A DNA stretch of 63,989 nt, counting the filler, from Catajapyx aquilonaris (lineage: Eukaryota): assembly GCA_000934665.2 (NCBI GenBank). It is 3 parts of 3 records of this genome, joined end to end, with 100 filler letters (N's around TTAATTAATTAA, not from the genome) between each part and the next. Parts side by side here need not be neighbours in the genome. Positions count along the whole stretch, not along the records: positions 43,423 to 63,989 come from JYFJ02006232.1; 2 more parts are not named here. One strand, given 5' to 3'. Made by a program: the position numbers and the translations under genes. Under the pieces are notes generated by a model. That model was not told the DNA's origin, did no database searches, and saw only the letters and a program-made list of their open reading frames with translations. Shown piece after piece: positions 58,670 through 63,989 of this stretch (the first letter of the stretch is position 1; every line of letters begins with the position of its first letter).

Positions 58670-59974
58670 AATATTTGTAATGTAGTAATCAACCTGCTCA
58701 GTCGATAGGACTAAGAACACCCATTATGGCTTTACATATACTATGACGCACATTGTAGCACTGCAGCAAGAAACTCTTGATTTTACTAACGTGAAAGTAT
58801 TAAAATGGATCTAAAACATTTTTCATTCCATTGTGATATGTAAATTAAATGACTTATATAATTAGCGCAGAACGATATATTATATTGGTGAATATATTAA
58901 TCCTCTTCTTGCCAATTAATCACCTGCTAGATCTGTATGGATAAACCACTAAAGAGACCCGAATGAAAATTTATCATCACAATGCAATGTAATAAGACAA
59001 CTAGTCTTAATATGCACACAGACTAAATCCTTCCAGTTCCCACACACAATCGTGACATGTAATATTGTGTATTCCAAATAAAACAACTTTCAAAGCAAGA
59101 CATTTTGCAATTAATGTGTCGCGACTGATGCTATCAGAAATAATTATGCAATAACCCCCTTATGTAAGTTTGCAATTAAAATTTTATAGTCATACAGTTT
59201 AATAATAAAACTTAAAAAATGACAAATGCAGCACCGTGCTTCTTTGGTCCTTTTTTCTATTGTCAAAAATGTGAATGTCATTTTGACACTTTCTGTTTTT
59301 TGATTTTTTTGGTTTAATGAATCAAAAGGACTGAAACACTTATATATCGTCGCCAATATGCAAATAGGCGAATTCAACATTTTCATAATTGTTCAGGAGA
59401 GCAAAAAAAAACAAAAAAAAACCTGCAAACTGCTCTAGAAAAAAGAATGCTACGTAAAATCTTGAAAATTGGAAATTGTGCACAAAATATACTTCCCATG
59501 CTCATGTGGAATATTGTATTAAGCATGTACTGTGCATGTAACAATGACACTTTGCGAATTCGCCCTTTTCGCAGCTTTTGCTTGGACTAAGTGATTGTTG
59601 CAAAAAGGACGTATACCGGTATACGGTATTGAACTCCCAGGTTTTTCCAACACTTCTACTCAGCATAATGACTACTGCGTGCACTGGCTCTATCAGATGA
59701 AAAAGAAGAGAAGTTACAACGTCCGCCCTGCTTCCTCTGGTGTTCGTGCTTCAGGATGCTCATTTGATAAGTGAAGACCCTTTTATGCAAAGGTGGGGCA
59801 CATCCTTAGCTGGCTGCTTATGACCAAAGTTATAAAAGAAATCCACATATTTATGATGCATGCACAAACATTGCATGACAGGGCAGCAGGGTTCAGTGCG
59901 GGATATGTTGGGTCGATTTTATTTCTAAGGTATTCTACCGTATACATAACCTGGAGGAAAGAACTGTTGCAACT

Positions 59975-60815
59975 ATGGTCTTACTCAGTAGAACTATCAA
60001 AAACTGCTTGCTTTCTCTTCTTGTGGTGAGACATTTTGTCGTATTACTAATAATGACTTTTTTGCAGCTGTGACTAATATTCCGAACACTGACGTATCTC
60101 ACGCATTTTTCAGATATGTTCTTTAAGTAAAGGGTGTGAAGTTCCTCCGAAGGATACTCTCCTCATATCTGCCATAGTTGAATGCGCCAAATCCAACTCC
60201 AAGTTTGTAAGTATTGAACAAGAAAGTTTAGAACACATTTCTCAGAGACGTAACTCAATCATGTTTGTTGTTACCATATTGTGTTTCTCAGTTATTGTGA
60301 CATCGATGTGACATTAAACATTGTTTTCTTACTTACTAGTGCATTGTGAAGTGCGTTGCTGGAAAGACGGGCATAGTAAGCGCTTAATTGATACATAGAT
60401 CCATTTGAGGAGCTTGAAATGTCTCGTGATTCGTAGGTGACATCTCAGGGCACAATAGACGAAGAGAAAGCAGCAGAGGTCTTCGAAGACTTGCCGGAAG
60501 GGGAATTTAAAGATGCACTCAAGATTGTTAATAAGAAATGCATCAGACCAGGTGAGTGCTGATAGTTGAGGAGTTTTATGTGTCAAATATTCAGTGTAAA
60601 GAAAAACGTCGAAATGTAATAATAATTTCAGGGATAAAGCACAATATGAAGGACAAGGATTGCGTGTCATTTGCACAATTTGGAGCATGTTTGATTAAGC
60701 AAATGGATAAGGTAAAATGCATGACTTGATACTCACTGATTTACAGCTTATTTTATGCGCTATTTTATTGCAGAGATGCCCCAATGTGGCACAAATCATA
60801 AGAAACAACATGTAG
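59975..60815 (+). CDS. Odorant-binding-protein-like secreted protein, paralog 2
   Basis: Exons 59975-60025, 60114-60206, 60340-60375, 60437-60551, 60632-60711 and 60774-60815; same internal exon sizes (93/36/115/80/42) and cysteine spacing as paralog 1; frame intact. Confidence 0.85.
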
Positions 60816-61692
60816 AATATTTGTAACCTGGTCACTTGGTAGGACTAATAACACCCATTATTGTTTTACTTATTATGAAGCACGTTCTATCAATGCAGAA
60901 AGAAAATGTCAATTTTCCTACCTAGCACTTGTTTCAATCATTGTTTACTCTATTTTGATTTTAAAGCACAGGTTATTATTAGAGCACAAAGCTTACTTAG
61001 GTTAAATGGATGCAATTATTTATAATTACAAAAAGTCTTCCTGAGGGTCAACCATCTGTCTGTTACTTGTATGAATATAACCATAAACATTGTTGTGTGA
61101 CTAAAAATCTTTGTTGATTTATATAAGTCGTCACATGTAATATCGTGTATCCCAAATAAAATAATTCAGCCAAAGTTTGCGATTACCTGTACTCTGATCT
61201 TTATTATCATTAGTTTGCGAGTGACATGCATATGTAACACCAACATTGAAGTAAGCAAGAGACTTACTGTACAAGTTAGTGTCATTCCCTTCGTCAAAAC
61301 GAGGTGTTAAATACTGCCCGGTTCCGGCCATAAACACGAAAGTAAACGTGTTTGTGTGAGCCAACCACGCATTGTGACCACTCCGAGCACTGATGCAGAC
61401 CGATGAAAAGGAAAAGGGATGTTGCGAAGTCAGGCCTGGCATGATTGTCGTTCTAACAAGTAAGCCACGTTCAGGAAGTGTGAATTTGAAAAGTGTCAAC
61501 ATTTTATGGCAGGGCGGTGCATCCTCAACTGGCCATATATTACCCCCAAAAAATAAAAGAAGTTCTGCATGCATCTGACATATATGGCATGACAGGAAAG
61601 AGTGGGGAATATTATTTTTGTCCCACTTCATTTTTATATAACACTAGATAGAGAAAAGAAGACCTGACACCACGGTCCTGTAAAGTGTAACT

Positions 61693-62600
61693 ATGAAGTA
61701 CTGCATGATTTTACTTCTTGCGGTGAGAAATTATGTAGAGTTAATCATAATGGCAATTAGCTGTTGCCGGATTATGCTACTACTGTTTGTAACAAAATGA
61801 CAAACACTTTGATTTTTTTACACTCAATTCTCAGGTGTGTACCGTGAGTAATGGCTGTGATCTGCCCCCGAAGGATAATACCCTAATATCTTCAATCATG
61901 GAATGCTCCAAATCGAAGACCAAATTTGTGAGTATTAAAATTGTTTAACACACATTCTTCAGATGCTTAATGATTGTTGTTATTCATTAGTGGATAGTTA
62001 TGACCAGTGACTCGAACCGCACAACTGCTTGGGAACTATTGTGATATACTGAATGTTTTCTTAACTTCTAGTGCATCGTGAAGTGCGTTGCTGAAGAGAC
62101 AGGCATAGTAAGATCACATCACATGTTTATTACGCCTAATTAATATACGGGCACATTTTAGAAGTTCGATATTTATTTCTTCCATGATTTGTAGGTGACA
62201 TCACAGGGTGCAATAGACAAAGATGCATTAGGAAAGCTCGTTGGAGAACTTCCGGAAGGAGAGTTTAAATCTGCAATCGAGATTATTGATAATAAATGCT
62301 TCAAAAAGGGTGAGTGCTGTTAGTTTATGCTGTGCAAAGTTAATAGCCTTTGTTTGTAAAGTGTTTTCGTTAAAAAAAATCCATAATGAAAACTTAAAAA
62401 TTAAATTTCAGGGAAGACATACAATATGAATGACAAAGAGTGTGTGCAATTTGCATCAATTGGAGCTTGTGTTATCAAGAAACTGGATACGGTAACATGC
62501 ATGCTTTGACACTAACTAATTCATATAGCCTAACTCTATTCTCTTCTTTTTATTGCAGACATGCCCCAATTTGGCGCAAATCATGAAAAATAACATGTAG
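61693..62600 (+). CDS. Odorant-binding-protein-like secreted protein, paralog 3
   Basis: Exons 61693-61722 (MKYCMILLLA|gtgaga), 61835-61927, 62072-62107, 62195-62309, 62412-62491 and 62559-62600; identical architecture; frame intact. Confidence 0.85.
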
Positions 62601-63504
62601 GATATGGAAATGTCTATAGAAACCAACGCTTCGTATTAATCAGACTTAGTTACTTTATAAGACTATGATACCCTCCGTGCCCAGTAGATGGAGCTGGTTG
62701 TGTGAGTTGGTCAAGAGATGGCGTGGATCTGGATGGAGGACAGGGAGGGATGAGGCTTTGTGTTGTAGCAGCTCGTGAGAAGGCCTTGTGCGAGGCTATA
62801 TCGTCTAATAAACCGTTTCTGGGTGACCCTTGCTTTTGCCCCATTACTATAGAGTCTATTTATTAGTGATTAGTGCACCAGTTCGCTCAGAGTTAACTTC
62901 TCTTGCAGGATACATTTCTTGCCAAACAACTCAAGTTATCAGAGTAACACATATCACCAGGTGATAAGATAAATGACGAGAAGAATTTATTTTCGCGCAT
63001 TTCATCCATCTGAAGGATACATCATTACTGCTGGTGAGAACCCTCGTGAAGAAATTCCCTATAAAATTCATTTACTTTATTTTTTTTATTTTAGTTATTT
63101 TTAAACCGATAAAAATAATCGCCGCTACGCGCGAACACCCTCCCCCCCTCCGGAAAAGGCTTTGCGACCCCCAGGTTGGGGAACTACTCCTGTAATAGAC
63201 CCAGTAAAATCTTTGAAGAAAATGTTGTGTGCCAACTGCCAATAAGGGACAATAATTGTCAGAAACAGACACAGTGATGGCATCTGTTTCAGTGACAGCA
63301 CCGTGACAGTATGGCCCTTTAAAATATTGTCATCGTTATTCTGATATTTTTAACAGTGAGAAAAATGATCTGAAAAATGAGGTATGCATTGTGGACTTAA
63401 ATATGTCTGTGTCTGTGTATCTTCAATTATTTTTTGTAGGGATTTTTTCTAAGTCAACAATGATTGTCTGTAACTCTGTATTGTTACCTTTGTTGGTAGG
63501 AACT

Positions 63505-63989
63505 TGTTACGTATCAAGGTACGGGGTTTGGGGGACAGGAACAACAAGCAACGTCTGGTCGCACTAGCTCTCTATTCCAGACTGAGTGTTATTACATCCT
63601 CCCGCTAGGAGGCAGTCTTGCTACAATTACTCGCTAGGCGGCAGTATATGACAATCCTCCCTCCCAAGATCGAAATCGGTCAGATAGGCAGGCCTCCGGC
63701 GCTCCCTGGCCGAACGGCGAGGACCCACGTCCACCGGGGCCGGCCTCACCGGGCTGTTGACGGTATCTTCCCTGGTAGGATCCATCGGGCTTGGCTGGGG
63801 GGTAAGGTGGGGTATAACCGGGGCGGCAACTTGTGAGGGGGAAGACGGAAGGGTTGTTTCATGGGAGGAACATGGAGGCAAGGTTACCGGACCTGGGGTT
63901 TGGGGTGCCATCTCCCCTACCGAGCGGAAGCGCAGCTGATTGATATGGCGGCGCGTGTGTCGACCGTCCAGGAGTTGAACGTCGTAAGT
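63505..63989 (-). mobile_element. Ty3/Gypsy LTR retrotransposon 3' end (integrase C-terminus, PPT, ~149-bp 3' LTR at 63653-63505)
   Basis: Minus frame reads TYDVQLLDGRHTRRHINQLR...PRRSARERRRPAYLTDF, followed by the purine tract gggagggagga and a TG..CA-bounded LTR. Confidence 0.85.

Noticed and set aside
61750..61788. Alternative first exon MAISCCRIMLLLF for OBP-like gene 3
   Set aside because: It would need a 46-nt intron; exon 61693-61722 has the gtgaga donor homologous to the other two paralogs.

Overview
Eukaryotic genomic DNA, most likely a hexapod (sprint/RIN, Tpr/Megator and odorant-binding-protein-like genes). It consists of three unlinked contigs joined by artificial N44-TTAATTAATTAA-N44 linkers at 21638-21737 and 43323-43422. 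Contig 1 holds 3' exons of nucleoprotein TPR on the + strand, and its introns are packed with MITEs and foldback elements. Contig 2 holds the 5' part of a sprint/RIN SH2-VPS9 Rab5-GEF gene on the - strand, truncated at the linker. Contig 3 holds an old tandem segmental duplication (~43.5-50.65 kb and ~51.9-57.3 kb), three tandem intact 6-exon OBP-like genes missed by the ORF track, and the 3' end of a Gypsy LTR retrotransposon. The most striking unexplained signal is that each duplicated unit carries a kb-scale imperfect inverted repeat (~2.4 kb and ~1.75 kb). Its arms are only roughly 70% complementary by eye, yet they show compensatory base-pair changes between the two copies and + strand G:U wobbles, as expected of a selected long hairpin-RNA (hpRNA/endo-siRNA) gene. 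All coordinates and identities were derived by eye; no alignments or database searches were run.
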